Below are positions 46,401 through 52,546 of a stretch of DNA of 54,897 nucleotides, one piece after another. This DNA comes from a virus (taxonomy: Duplodnaviria; Caudoviricetes). Under the pieces are notes generated by a model. The model ran no database searches and was not told the origin of the DNA. It saw only the letters and a list, made by a program, of their open reading frames with translations. Position numbers and translations under genes: made by a program. Every line of letters starts with the position of its first letter. The stretch's first letter is position 1. The DNA is taken from positions 1 to 54,897 of IMG/VR virus record IMGVR_UViG_3300009505_000017, one strand, 5' to 3'.

Positions 46401-47457
46401 TAGAATACGCTCCAGAAGCAAGTGCGTTATCTCCCATGGCTATAGAGCCATTTCCAAATGCAATGGTGTTTAAACCTACTGAAATAGAATTATTTCCATC
46501 AGTCTGAGCATTTGTTCCTATGGCAATACTAGCTGTTCCATTGGCGTTTGAGTTATCTCCTAAAGCATTAGAATAATCTCCATCAGCTGTACTAGAGTTG
46601 TTGAATATTAAAGATACATTTCCTGCTCCTAGTTTTACTGGAGCATCTCCCAACTCACTATCTGTTGTCCATATAGCTAAGTTCCCTGGAGTCCCCTGAC
46701 CTGTTAGTACAGAAGAGTTATCAATCTTATCCCAAAATATGTTATCGTTTAAATCTTCAGAAATAATAGCCCAATCTCCAACTTCCCAATCAGTAATTGT
46801 TCCACCACCCTGTGTGTTTAAAGGAGTTGTTCCTTCAACAGAAACTATCCAATACTTTCCAGTGTTGTCAGGTATTAAAGATATAGCCTGTAAGTCAGGT
46901 ATATTTGTGTCAGCATTCCATGCTCCTTGAAATTCAAGGCCTGAGCCTTGATAGTTCTGCCATTCGACAGTACCATCGGTTTGAGAAACTAAAACTTGCT
47001 CTCCTGTACCAACAGTGTTACTAGCGTCATAAACTTCAGAAGCAAAATAAATTCCTCCGTTTACATTTACTAATCCATTTGCAATTGTTTGTTTTCCAAT
47101 AGTTACATTTTCAGCAACAATTAAGCTACCTATTCCGCTTCCGTCATCTAAATAAACTATTGAGCCTGCAGGAGTTTCACATGGATCTTTTGAATCTGTA
47201 GTAGCTGTATCTTGATAAAATAAAGAATTAACTAACTTAAAAGATTCCTCTCCTGATGTTGGAGCTGTAAATATAGGAAGCCTATAAGAACAACCATCAA
47301 AGGCCTCGTCAATAACAAATTCAGCAATACCTTGTAGGGTAAAAGTTTTTGTCTGCCTATCAATTGGTGTTGAGTTAGCAGCAGTTCCTATTAAATAATC
47401 CGCACCTTCAATTGGTGATTGATTGGGGTACGATAAAGTATTGCTAATTTTTGCCAT
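43486..47457 (-). CDS. Tail fibre / receptor-binding protein with YadA-like head repeats and a C-terminal Fib_succ_major-like domain
   Basis: About 35 tandem 14-aa ASGxxSxAMGxxTx repeats; LFIIGNG..NALEI neck; C-terminal GLLYN..PTGFRLPTSQEW..YIRFLKD. Confidence 0.85.
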   Translation of the reverse strand: MAKISNTLSYPNQSPIEGADYLIGTAANSTPIDRQTKTFTLQGIAEFVIDEAFDGCSYRLPIFTAPTSGEESFKLVNSLFYQDTATTDSKDPCETPAGSIVYLDDGSGIGSLIVAENVTIGKQTIANGLVNVNGGIYFASEVYDASNTVGTGEQVLVSQTDGTVEWQNYQGSGLEFQGAWNADTNIPDLQAISLIPDNTGKYWIVSVEGTTPLNTQGGGTITDWEVGDWAIISEDLNDNIFWDKIDNSSVLTGQGTPGNLAIWTTDSELGDAPVKLGAGNVSLIFNNSSTADGDYSNALGDNSNANGTASIAIGTNAQTDGNNSISVGLNTIAFGNGSIAMGDNALASGAYSISLGLNTVASGDASVALGRGTQANDDNATAMGVLTVADGEAATAMGDGTTATGIASTALSLNTTASGNASTSMGDGTTASGGTSFASGLNTIASGGRSVAMGQNTTASSAQSFAMGLSTLASGDNSTAMGLSTEASGSHSVAIGNGTTASGDASTSIGGNTEASGNRSVAMGQNTIASGSQSFAMGQNTEASGNNSTAMGQNTIASGGKSFAIGDGAEASGNASIAIGVNSEASGSQSLATGTLTEASGNYSTTMGLQTEASGEGSVAMGANTTASGNYSTALNNTTIASGAASFASGLSTESSGQASTAMGSQTTASGDQSTAIGNQSTASGIDSSSFGKGNISSGLRSVTIGNSQEASAQDSISIGGQPNTASGIQSVSIGTGNESVGVLSYIFGSGNLTDSAESTLIGISNTAFSSSQRSTGIGLDNSLTGSFAYAFGSGLEVTDFRQTVLGSYNSVVGPGSVNSWNTTDNLFIIGNGTGPGFDSNALEIRKDGELKLNTYGAGQVAGTATYNLSVDANGRVIETPDVVTPTFIMTGLINNLGSQTQGYDFMEWTSNVTQPTQIPLWRTPLPLKLKLVTWVWMGSSPLNIPAGDSIGFTIGTIPDGLSSTIGNYNPLNLSGDLFRLDGFDSGTYAAGQADVSSFGITINQFANTAVVGVETGVVGPNDGELAICLYFEESIAGANSTITYDIENNIIGPAAGYTLTGDLDGATQTGVGGVTPYSFSTGLQLNPGYSLVTAFTSTNPSGTIPAGGGIANGVLTGEIQQDQTPGETTVCDFVFTDENSTITDTISGGAIPIATNATEFYAQHNAGLPVAAYWDFDFNNSERGLLYNQFAARQIQPPTGFRLPTSQEWTIISNVPCNDSSPNQNRYGSNPGIWAGLTDTTELGDADFNLNGYGGGALASNQVFFIEDTAREYIWTSTISQSGNWDVLRYWSVGAVDPFLISGFDGANGAQRAAYIRFLKDV
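45070..46590 (-). repeat. 42-bp tandem coding repeat array (YadA head-like)
   Basis: Recurring ccacttgc / cccattgc units; near-identical blocks such as gttttgtcccatggctacagacct near 45880 and 46090; boundaries approximate. Confidence 0.85.
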
Positions 47458-47463
47458 TTTTTT

Positions 47464-47700
47464 TTATTTTTCTGGTTCTTTTTCGGTGATTTCTCCTGAT
47501 TGTAAATTAATCACAGAGTTTTCACCGTATTTTTTTATTAAGCTTTTTTCTAAATCTGCAAAATCACTTTTAATAAAAGAAACTTGTTCAATTACTAATT
47601 GTTTTTGAAGTTCTAAATCTCCCAATTGGGTTTTAAGTTTTACAAAATTTGAGTTTAATTCTTGCAAGTTTTGTAATTCTTTCGTTTCTAAATTTTTCAT
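47464..47700 (-). CDS. Small coiled-coil protein (possible fibre chaperone)
   Basis: 78-aa heptad-rich ORF directly upstream of the fibre gene. Confidence 0.7.
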   Translation of the reverse strand: MKNLETKELQNLQELNSNFVKLKTQLGDLELQKQLVIEQVSFIKSDFADLEKSLIKKYGENSVINLQSGEITEKEPEK

Positions 47701-47724
47701 TATTTTTTATTTAAGTTTATAACG

Positions 47725-47732
47725 CAAAGGTA
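47725..47732 (-). promoter_or_regulatory. Bacteroidota -7 promoter element TACCTTTG
   Basis: Intergenic, upstream of the fibre operon. Confidence 0.6.
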
Positions 47733-47740
47733 ATCAATTA

Positions 47741-48133
47741 TTATTTATCTTTTTGTTTGGTTTTTTCCCAGGTTCTACCTACGAAATAAGCTCCATAAGT
47801 AGTTACAAGAAGTGTTTGAAAAATAGGTATATACTCCTTAGATATTTTAAACTCACCTATGTTGCCGTCAGTAAAACATAAAGCTGTAAAAATTACGGTC
47901 AAATAGATTAAAACCATAGGGCGTATATTCTTTGACAAAAAAGAATCGCTCTGCATGTCGAACTTCCAACGCTCAGTCACCTGCTCTTGCGCTTTGCTGT
48001 CTGCGTCTTCTAATATTTTTTGAACTTGTTTTTTTATTATAAGCTTTTCTTCTTCAGTAGTAGTAAGCTTATCAATAACGTCCCCAATTTCTTTTATAAC
48101 ATTTCCTGATAACCATGCAAATAGTTTTTTCAT
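47741..48133 (-). CDS. Holin (GTA 3TM-like family)
   Basis: RWKFDMQSDSFLSKNIRP, two hydrophobic helices, GAYFVGRTWEK; coupled to the amidase. Confidence 0.75.
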   Translation of the reverse strand: MKKLFAWLSGNVIKEIGDVIDKLTTTEEEKLIIKKQVQKILEDADSKAQEQVTERWKFDMQSDSFLSKNIRPMVLIYLTVIFTALCFTDGNIGEFKISKEYIPIFQTLLVTTYGAYFVGRTWEKTKQKDK

Positions 48134-48540
48134 AATCCTTTATATTCTTTAGTTGCGTCAAAACTTGGACAAGCTTTGGGTGAAAAATCCCTATGACCAT
48201 GTATAATAGCTTTAGGGAATGTATTTTTAAGAAATCTAAGCAGCAAAAGAAAACTTGCTATCTGCTCACTTGTTCTATTGTCTTCTGGACACATTTTAGA
48301 ATCTACGCCACCTGCATAACAAACACCTATACTATTTTGGTTATGACCTTTGGTGTGCGCTCCTGATTGGTCTAATGGTCTTCCAAACTCTATTTTACCA
48401 TCTCTTTTAATAAAAAAATGGTAGCCAATACCTGACCACCCTCTTTGCTTATGCCATTCATCAATTGTATTTGCATCCACATCCATTGAAGGAGTAGTTG
48501 CTGAACAATGAATGATTATTTTATTTATTTTTCTTTTCAT
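48130..48540 (-). CDS. Endolysin, N-acetylmuramoyl-L-alanine amidase (T7 lysozyme-like)
   Basis: IIIHCSAT, GIGYHF, GAHTKGHNQNSIGVCYAGG, GHRDFSPKACPSF; start at MKRKINK. Confidence 0.92.
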   Translation of the reverse strand: MKRKINKIIIHCSATTPSMDVDANTIDEWHKQRGWSGIGYHFFIKRDGKIEFGRPLDQSGAHTKGHNQNSIGVCYAGGVDSKMCPEDNRTSEQIASFLLLLRFLKNTFPKAIIHGHRDFSPKACPSFDATKEYKGL

Positions 48541-48682
48541 TATAATTAATCCATATTCTTTGAGCCGTATACACAATCGAGGCTGATAATAGAATTAATT
48601 TTAAAGCCATTTCAATTTGCGTAAATGACACAACCAGACTTAAAAAGTTTATAACATATATTTTTATATCCTGCATTGTCAT
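48521..48682 (-). CDS. Small two-helix membrane protein, holin/antiholin candidate (53 aa; not in track)
   Basis: MTMQDIKIYVINFLSLVVSFTQIEMALKLILLSASIVYTAQRIWINYNEKKNK; immediately upstream of the amidase. Confidence 0.65.
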   Translation of the reverse strand: MTMQDIKIYVINFLSLVVSFTQIEMALKLILLSASIVYTAQRIWINYNEKKNK

Positions 48683-48753
48683 TATTCTCTTACAAGTGTA
48701 TATTCAAATGTGATGTCTAAAAGGGCGCTATTGGTCTGAGTGTACCCTACCAT
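48682..48753 (-). CDS. Possible 23-aa micro-ORF
   Basis: MVGYTQTNSALLDITFEYTLVRE; overlaps the upstream stop and is TAATG-coupled downstream. Confidence 0.4.
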   Translation of the reverse strand: MVGYTQTNSALLDITFEYTLVRE

Positions 48754-49004
48754 AATGCTACAATTTCTCCTGCGGTAGTTCCTGATGCGAATACCTGCAA
48801 GACATTTACTGGAAAAAATTGTCCTGCATAAACACCTGTAAAGATAACATCGTCACCTCCTACAGTTTTTACTCTAACATTTCCAGGTGTGCCTATATAT
48901 AAAGCACATCCATTATTTGTTCCTCCTGATACACTTGGAATTAAATCAGTGTCACTTGGAGTAACCAGCGCAGCTCTACCTGCTTGTAATTTTTGATAAG
49001 CCAT
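48747..49004 (-). CDS. Head spike base / capsid decoration protein-like
   Basis: VTPSDT..ALYIGTPGNVRV..GDDVIF..AGQFFPVNV..VFASGTTA..IVALW resembles RcGTA spike-base-type proteins. Confidence 0.6.
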   Translation of the reverse strand: MAYQKLQAGRAALVTPSDTDLIPSVSGGTNNGCALYIGTPGNVRVKTVGGDDVIFTGVYAGQFFPVNVLQVFASGTTAGEIVALW

Positions 49005-49007
49005 TTT

Positions 49008-49163
49008 TTATTTGTTATAAGGGAAATTTCTGTTTAAACTGTCTTTTCTTTTAGAACAGCCACAAGATTTTCCTGTTACTTTTTCATATACTTTAGCTAC
49101 TTTGTCTGCTCCAACTGCTTTAGCTACTTTTTCTACAGTGTCTCCGAATCCTTTTGATTTCAT
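49008..49163 (-). CDS. Small basic protein with CGC motif (51 aa; not in track)
   Basis: MKSKGFGDTVEKVAKAVG..SCGCSKRKDSLNRNFPYNK. Confidence 0.75.
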   Translation of the reverse strand: MKSKGFGDTVEKVAKAVGADKVAKVYEKVTGKSCGCSKRKDSLNRNFPYNK

Positions 49164-49321
49164 TTTACGTCTTCTTTTTTATGAGAACAAGAACAAAATT
49201 TATAAGAACATTCTTGAATTTCTTTAAAACTTATAGATTTTAACAAATTGTTCCAACTGCATTGAAATTTGCACCAAACTTTTTGTATCCATAAACCTAA
49301 TTTTATAAAAGCTTTACCCAT
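49160..49321 (-). CDS. Small Cys-rich protein (53 aa; not in track)
   Basis: MGKAFIKLGLWIQKVWCKFQCSWN..CSYKFCSC; ATGA-coupled. Confidence 0.65.
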   Translation of the reverse strand: MGKAFIKLGLWIQKVWCKFQCSWNNLLKSISFKEIQECSYKFCSCSHKKEDVK

Positions 49322-49323
49322 TT

Positions 49324-49524
49324 TTATTTTTTCTTGTTTTTAAGTATTTTATCAATAGCTACATTCTTTATGTTGATAGTATCATAAGAAGGTACATTTG
49401 TCAAATTTGGATGAGTATTACTTTTTTGATACTTAGCCAAACCCTTATCAATTTTTTCTTGAAAATTTTTTTTACCCTTTAAACATTTTTTTAATGCATC
49501 TCCGATTAATCCTTTACAACTCAT
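49324..49524 (-). CDS. Small basic protein
   Basis: 66 aa, Lys-rich, N-terminal Cx11C; -7 element TATATTTG upstream at 49550-49543. Confidence 0.7.
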   Translation of the reverse strand: MSCKGLIGDALKKCLKGKKNFQEKIDKGLAKYQKSNTHPNLTNVPSYDTINIKNVAIDKILKNKKK

Positions 49525-49550
49525 AACTTAAAATTTATTCTACAAATATA

Positions 49551-49841
49551 CTAATATTTTCCTTGTCTAGTTTTAGGACTAGACTTTGTTGAACCACCCT
49601 TCCCAGCCCATAGGTTTTTACACGCCCAGTATCTTGCAGTTAACTTTGATTTTGCTGTTCCACATTTATGACGTGCCTTGAAGCTCTTTCGTGCAGCTGC
49701 TGAATAATTATGTCCATATCCTTTTGCTCCAAAGTGAATAAGCTTTTCTTTTCCTGACTCACAACCTTTAACCATTTTCTTTTTACCTGCTCTATCAGAA
49801 GCAGTAGGCTTATTGCAAGCCATCTTTTTCTTATCTGCCAT
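49551..49841 (-). CDS. Small basic conserved phage protein
   Basis: MADKKKMACNKP..IHFGAKGY..RKSFKARHKC..TARYWACKNLW; start moved from 49907 because another ORF occupies that space. Confidence 0.8.
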   Translation of the reverse strand: MADKKKMACNKPTASDRAGKKKMVKGCESGKEKLIHFGAKGYGHNYSAAARKSFKARHKCGTAKSKLTARYWACKNLWAGKGGSTKSSPKTRQGKY

Positions 49842-49845
49842 TTCA

Positions 49846-49971
49846 TTATTTCTTACCGCACTTTGAATATGCACTATTTTTAATAGTTTTTTCAGAAGGT
49901 AATCCATTTTTTTCAGGATTAACTCCGCTTTTCTTTGCTGCTGTAAAATAAGGTTTTAATGATTTTTTCAT
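49846..49971 (-). CDS. Small basic protein (41 aa; not in track)
   Basis: MKKSLKPYFTAAKKSGVNPEKNGLPSEKTIKNSAYSKCGKK; TAATG-coupled to the upstream gene. Confidence 0.6.
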   Translation of the reverse strand: MKKSLKPYFTAAKKSGVNPEKNGLPSEKTIKNSAYSKCGKK

Positions 49972-50219
49972 TATTTAGTATATTTTTTAGTTACTTTTGC
50001 TTTTTTTGTATTTGACACAAACTGCTTTTTACCGCCTGACGCCTTCTTTTTTCTTGCTGTCTTAGCCCTTTCTGCTTTACTTAAACTCTTAGCCTTAGCC
50101 AAAGGCAGACACCTGTCTGGGTTTTTCTTGTTCTTGCTAGTACCGCATGCGCCCATTATAGACCCATCTGTACCTATGCGAACCCACTTCTCATTTCTCC
50201 ATTTAGCAAGCTCACCCAT
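49971..50219 (-). CDS. Small basic conserved phage protein
   Basis: LAKWRNEKWV..CG..RCLP..AKSLSKAER..TARKK. Confidence 0.8.
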   Translation of the reverse strand: MGELAKWRNEKWVRIGTDGSIMGACGTSKNKKNPDRCLPLAKAKSLSKAERAKTARKKKASGGKKQFVSNTKKAKVTKKYTK

Positions 50220-50374
50220 TATTTCTTTTTTCCTTTACCGTAGTTAGGATCTTTACAATACTTACTAGCAGCCATATTAGCATAGGCAGAAGGATATTTG
50301 TCAAAAGTTTTTTTTGCCCAAGATATTCCTGCTGCACAAATTTTATTACCTTTTTTCTTAACCTTCTTTGCCAT
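50219..50374 (-). CDS. Small basic protein with YPSAYAN motif (51 aa; not in track)
   Basis: MAKKVKKKGNKICAAGISWAKKTFDKYPSAYANMAASKYCKDPNYGKGKKK; TAATG-coupled. Confidence 0.75.
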   Translation of the reverse strand: MAKKVKKKGNKICAAGISWAKKTFDKYPSAYANMAASKYCKDPNYGKGKKK

Positions 50375-50376
50375 TA

Positions 50377-51114
50377 TTATAAGTTTATTTCAAAAACTAA
50401 ATACAACTCCATTTCTGCATCATCTGTTCCTATCGCTCCGTTTTCTACTCCACTAATATTTATAATTTCTCCTGCTGCTAGACTTACATTTCCGTCCCAT
50501 TTTTTAGTTGGGAAAGTGCCAGTATCAGAAGCTGTTAAAGATAAAGTAGGTAATGCCGCTTTAAATTGATAACTAGACGTCTGTGTTGTAGAAAGTGCAG
50601 TGTTTGTCATAGAATAAACATTTACATCCCATGTACTATTTGCTAATGGAATATCAACAGGTGTTGCATGTATCCATTTCATTTGAGCCTTTATAAGCTT
50701 ACCATCAAATGGCATTTGAAATACAGAACTATTTGACGCTACAGGCGAAGCTGATGCTGCAAACTCTAATGTATCTCCAAATATTCCAGGGGACCCACCA
50801 AATAAATTCTTCCAAATTCCAACTACAGACAATAAAGCTCCTTGCGATCTTGATATATTAACCTCACTACCAGTCCCTTGACTTATTAAAATACCTGCCT
50901 CCCCAATTAAAACAACATTGTCAGATGTAGAATCACTTCCAGTTAAGGTAATAGTAAATTCATTGGTATCAGTTTCTGTTCCTGATAAATCATATTTAGT
51001 TCCAACTAAGTTAGGGTCTATCTTTATGTTGTCTAATCCATCGTATCCAACTAAAGCCTCTACTTGAGCTTGATTTGTTCTTAATTCAAATTGTGAAAAT
51101 TTTAAATTTGCCAT
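50377..51114 (-). CDS. Virion surface/fibre-like protein
   Basis: MANLKFSQF anchor-like N-terminus; C-terminal beta domain similar to an internal domain of the tail fibre. Confidence 0.65.
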   Translation of the reverse strand: MANLKFSQFELRTNQAQVEALVGYDGLDNIKIDPNLVGTKYDLSGTETDTNEFTITLTGSDSTSDNVVLIGEAGILISQGTGSEVNISRSQGALLSVVGIWKNLFGGSPGIFGDTLEFAASASPVASNSSVFQMPFDGKLIKAQMKWIHATPVDIPLANSTWDVNVYSMTNTALSTTQTSSYQFKAALPTLSLTASDTGTFPTKKWDGNVSLAAGEIINISGVENGAIGTDDAEMELYLVFEINL

Positions 51115-51131
51115 TGTTTTTTTTTTATATA

Positions 51132-51290
51132 TTATTCGCAGAGTTCTGGTATCATTCTACTATCTTCGATTACTGTTTCTTGTTCACAGAACTCATCAAG
51201 CTCCGTTATTATAAAGCATAGTTCTGGTATGTCTTCATTTCTTTTGTCTTGAAATGGTATGCCATTTCCTATTGCTGATCCTAATCCCAT
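51132..51290 (-). CDS. Small acidic protein (52 aa; not in track)
   Basis: MGLGSAIGNGIPFQDK..IPELC..IPELCE; TAATG-coupled. Confidence 0.65.
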   Translation of the reverse strand: MGLGSAIGNGIPFQDKRNEDIPELCFIITELDEFCEQETVIEDSRMIPELCE

Positions 51291-51484
51291 TATACTTTCT
51301 TCTTTAACGCTGGAGGCGTTGGGTTTAATGATTCTCGTTTTGCTTTTTGATAAGAAAGCATTTCAAAATTTTTATTATTAAAATTACTTTCAGATCTTTC
51401 TTTAGCCACATGTGTTTTTAGTAGCTTATTAGCTTCTTCACATTTAGCTCTTTTTTTTGTATCTTTTATTGATTCGCAACCCAT
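51290..51484 (-). CDS. Small basic protein
   Basis: 64 aa, N-terminal Cx11C like the 49324-49524 protein. Confidence 0.7.
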   Translation of the reverse strand: MGCESIKDTKKRAKCEEANKLLKTHVAKERSESNFNNKNFEMLSYQKAKRESLNPTPPALKKKV

Positions 51485-51502
51485 AATTTTATTTTTTAGT
51501 TT

Positions 51503-51814
51503 TTATTTACCTCCAGTATTACCTTTGTTTCTTCTTCCTGCTCCTTTTTTACCTCTCGCTCTTCTGTCTCCTGCTGTATTACTTTTACTTCCTCTATTCT
51601 TAGAGGCCTTTTCTAATACAACTTTACCGTTTTTATGGGACACATCTAGTCCATCGTAGTTCCCATATGTTCCAAATTGACGATTTTTTCTATTATCATC
51701 AACTCTTTGCTTAATAGACTTACGTTTTTTGTTGTATTTAGCCTGATATTTACGATGTTTCTTACGTGCTTCAGGGTTATCTCTATAAAATTTAGCAGTT
51801 CTGCTTAATGCCAT
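51503..51814 (-). CDS. Very basic protein with degenerate HNH-like motif
   Basis: Arg/Lys-rich; DGLDVSHKNG..ASKNR; start at MALSRT. Confidence 0.65.
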   Translation of the reverse strand: MALSRTAKFYRDNPEARKKHRKYQAKYNKKRKSIKQRVDDNRKNRQFGTYGNYDGLDVSHKNGKVVLEKASKNRGSKSNTAGDRRARGKKGAGRRNKGNTGGK

Positions 51815-51825
51815 AATAAAAAAGT

Positions 51826-51841
51826 TATCTTTGCAAAGATA
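51826..51841. promoter_or_regulatory. Palindromic pair of opposed -7 promoter elements TATCTTTG|CAAAGATA
   Basis: Perfect 16-bp palindrome made of two TAnnTTTG elements between divergent genes. Confidence 0.75.
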
Positions 51842-51854
51842 CAAATTTAATCTA

Positions 51855-52283
51855 ATGAAATTTTCGCCACAAAACGACTACCTGAAATACTGGAAAGTTG
51901 TAAGACAATGGGCTAGGTCCAAATATAACCTCTCTACATCTGAAATAGAGATGATGCTATTCTTATATAGCGAAGGATACTTTACAAGAAAACAATTTGA
52001 AGAGTATAATGAAATAATGTCCTGGGACAAAAGGAGATTTGAAAACTTGCTAAGAGAAAAATGGATAATCGTATGGAGAAAACGAAAAGGCAGGGAGTCT
52101 ACTTTATATGAACTTGGATTTAGTGGGAAGCGCTTATGCGCTTCGATTTATAAAAAGCTAAATAAAAAAGAAATGGTGTCAGAACACGAAAGAACTAACC
52201 CCATTTTTAATTTAGATGCTGATTATAGCAAAAAAGTATACAGAAAGATTATAAAAAAAATGAATAAAGAAATGAAACTATAG
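51855..52283 (+). CDS. Winged-helix (MarR-like) DNA-binding protein
   Basis: YNLSTSEIEMMLFLY..RFENLLREKWI..LYELGFSGKRL; the only + strand gene in the right arm. Confidence 0.6.
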   Translation: MKFSPQNDYLKYWKVVRQWARSKYNLSTSEIEMMLFLYSEGYFTRKQFEEYNEIMSWDKRRFENLLREKWIIVWRKRKGRESTLYELGFSGKRLCASIYKKLNKKEMVSEHERTNPIFNLDADYSKKVYRKIIKKMNKEMKL

Positions 52284-52535
52284 CACTACAACTATATCTC
52301 TTTCAGATATTATAGTTACTACCTCATCTTCTAACATCATCTTGTGACCTGCATTCTTATCGTAATAAATGAAGTCACCTTCATTTACAACATAAACATC
52401 AGTCCCTGGAATCTTTATCAAACCTTTTTTGTATCTTAGCTGGTTGCTATCGTCTGACGTTAGTAATATTCCTGACTGTGTTTTTTGTTCTGATTGAACT
52501 TCTGTAATAACAATGTACTTACCTACTGCTTTCAT
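52278..52535 (-). CDS. groES: Co-chaperonin GroES
   Basis: KTQSGILL mobile loop, VNEGDFIYY, IISERDIVVVL; directly downstream of groEL. Confidence 0.88.
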   Translation of the reverse strand: MKAVGKYIVITEVQSEQKTQSGILLTSDDSNQLRYKKGLIKIPGTDVYVVNEGDFIYYDKNAGHKMMLEDEVVTIISERDIVVVL

Positions 52536-52546
52536 TTTATTTAAGT

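Noticed and set aside
45070-46590. CRISPR-like array
   Set aside because: Repeats are degenerate 42-bp in-frame coding units with no repeat-spacer structure
51181-51198. Possible sixth copy of the 16-bp motif (TGTTCAC-AGA-ACTCATCA)
   Set aside because: Needs a 3-nt insertion to align; may be chance
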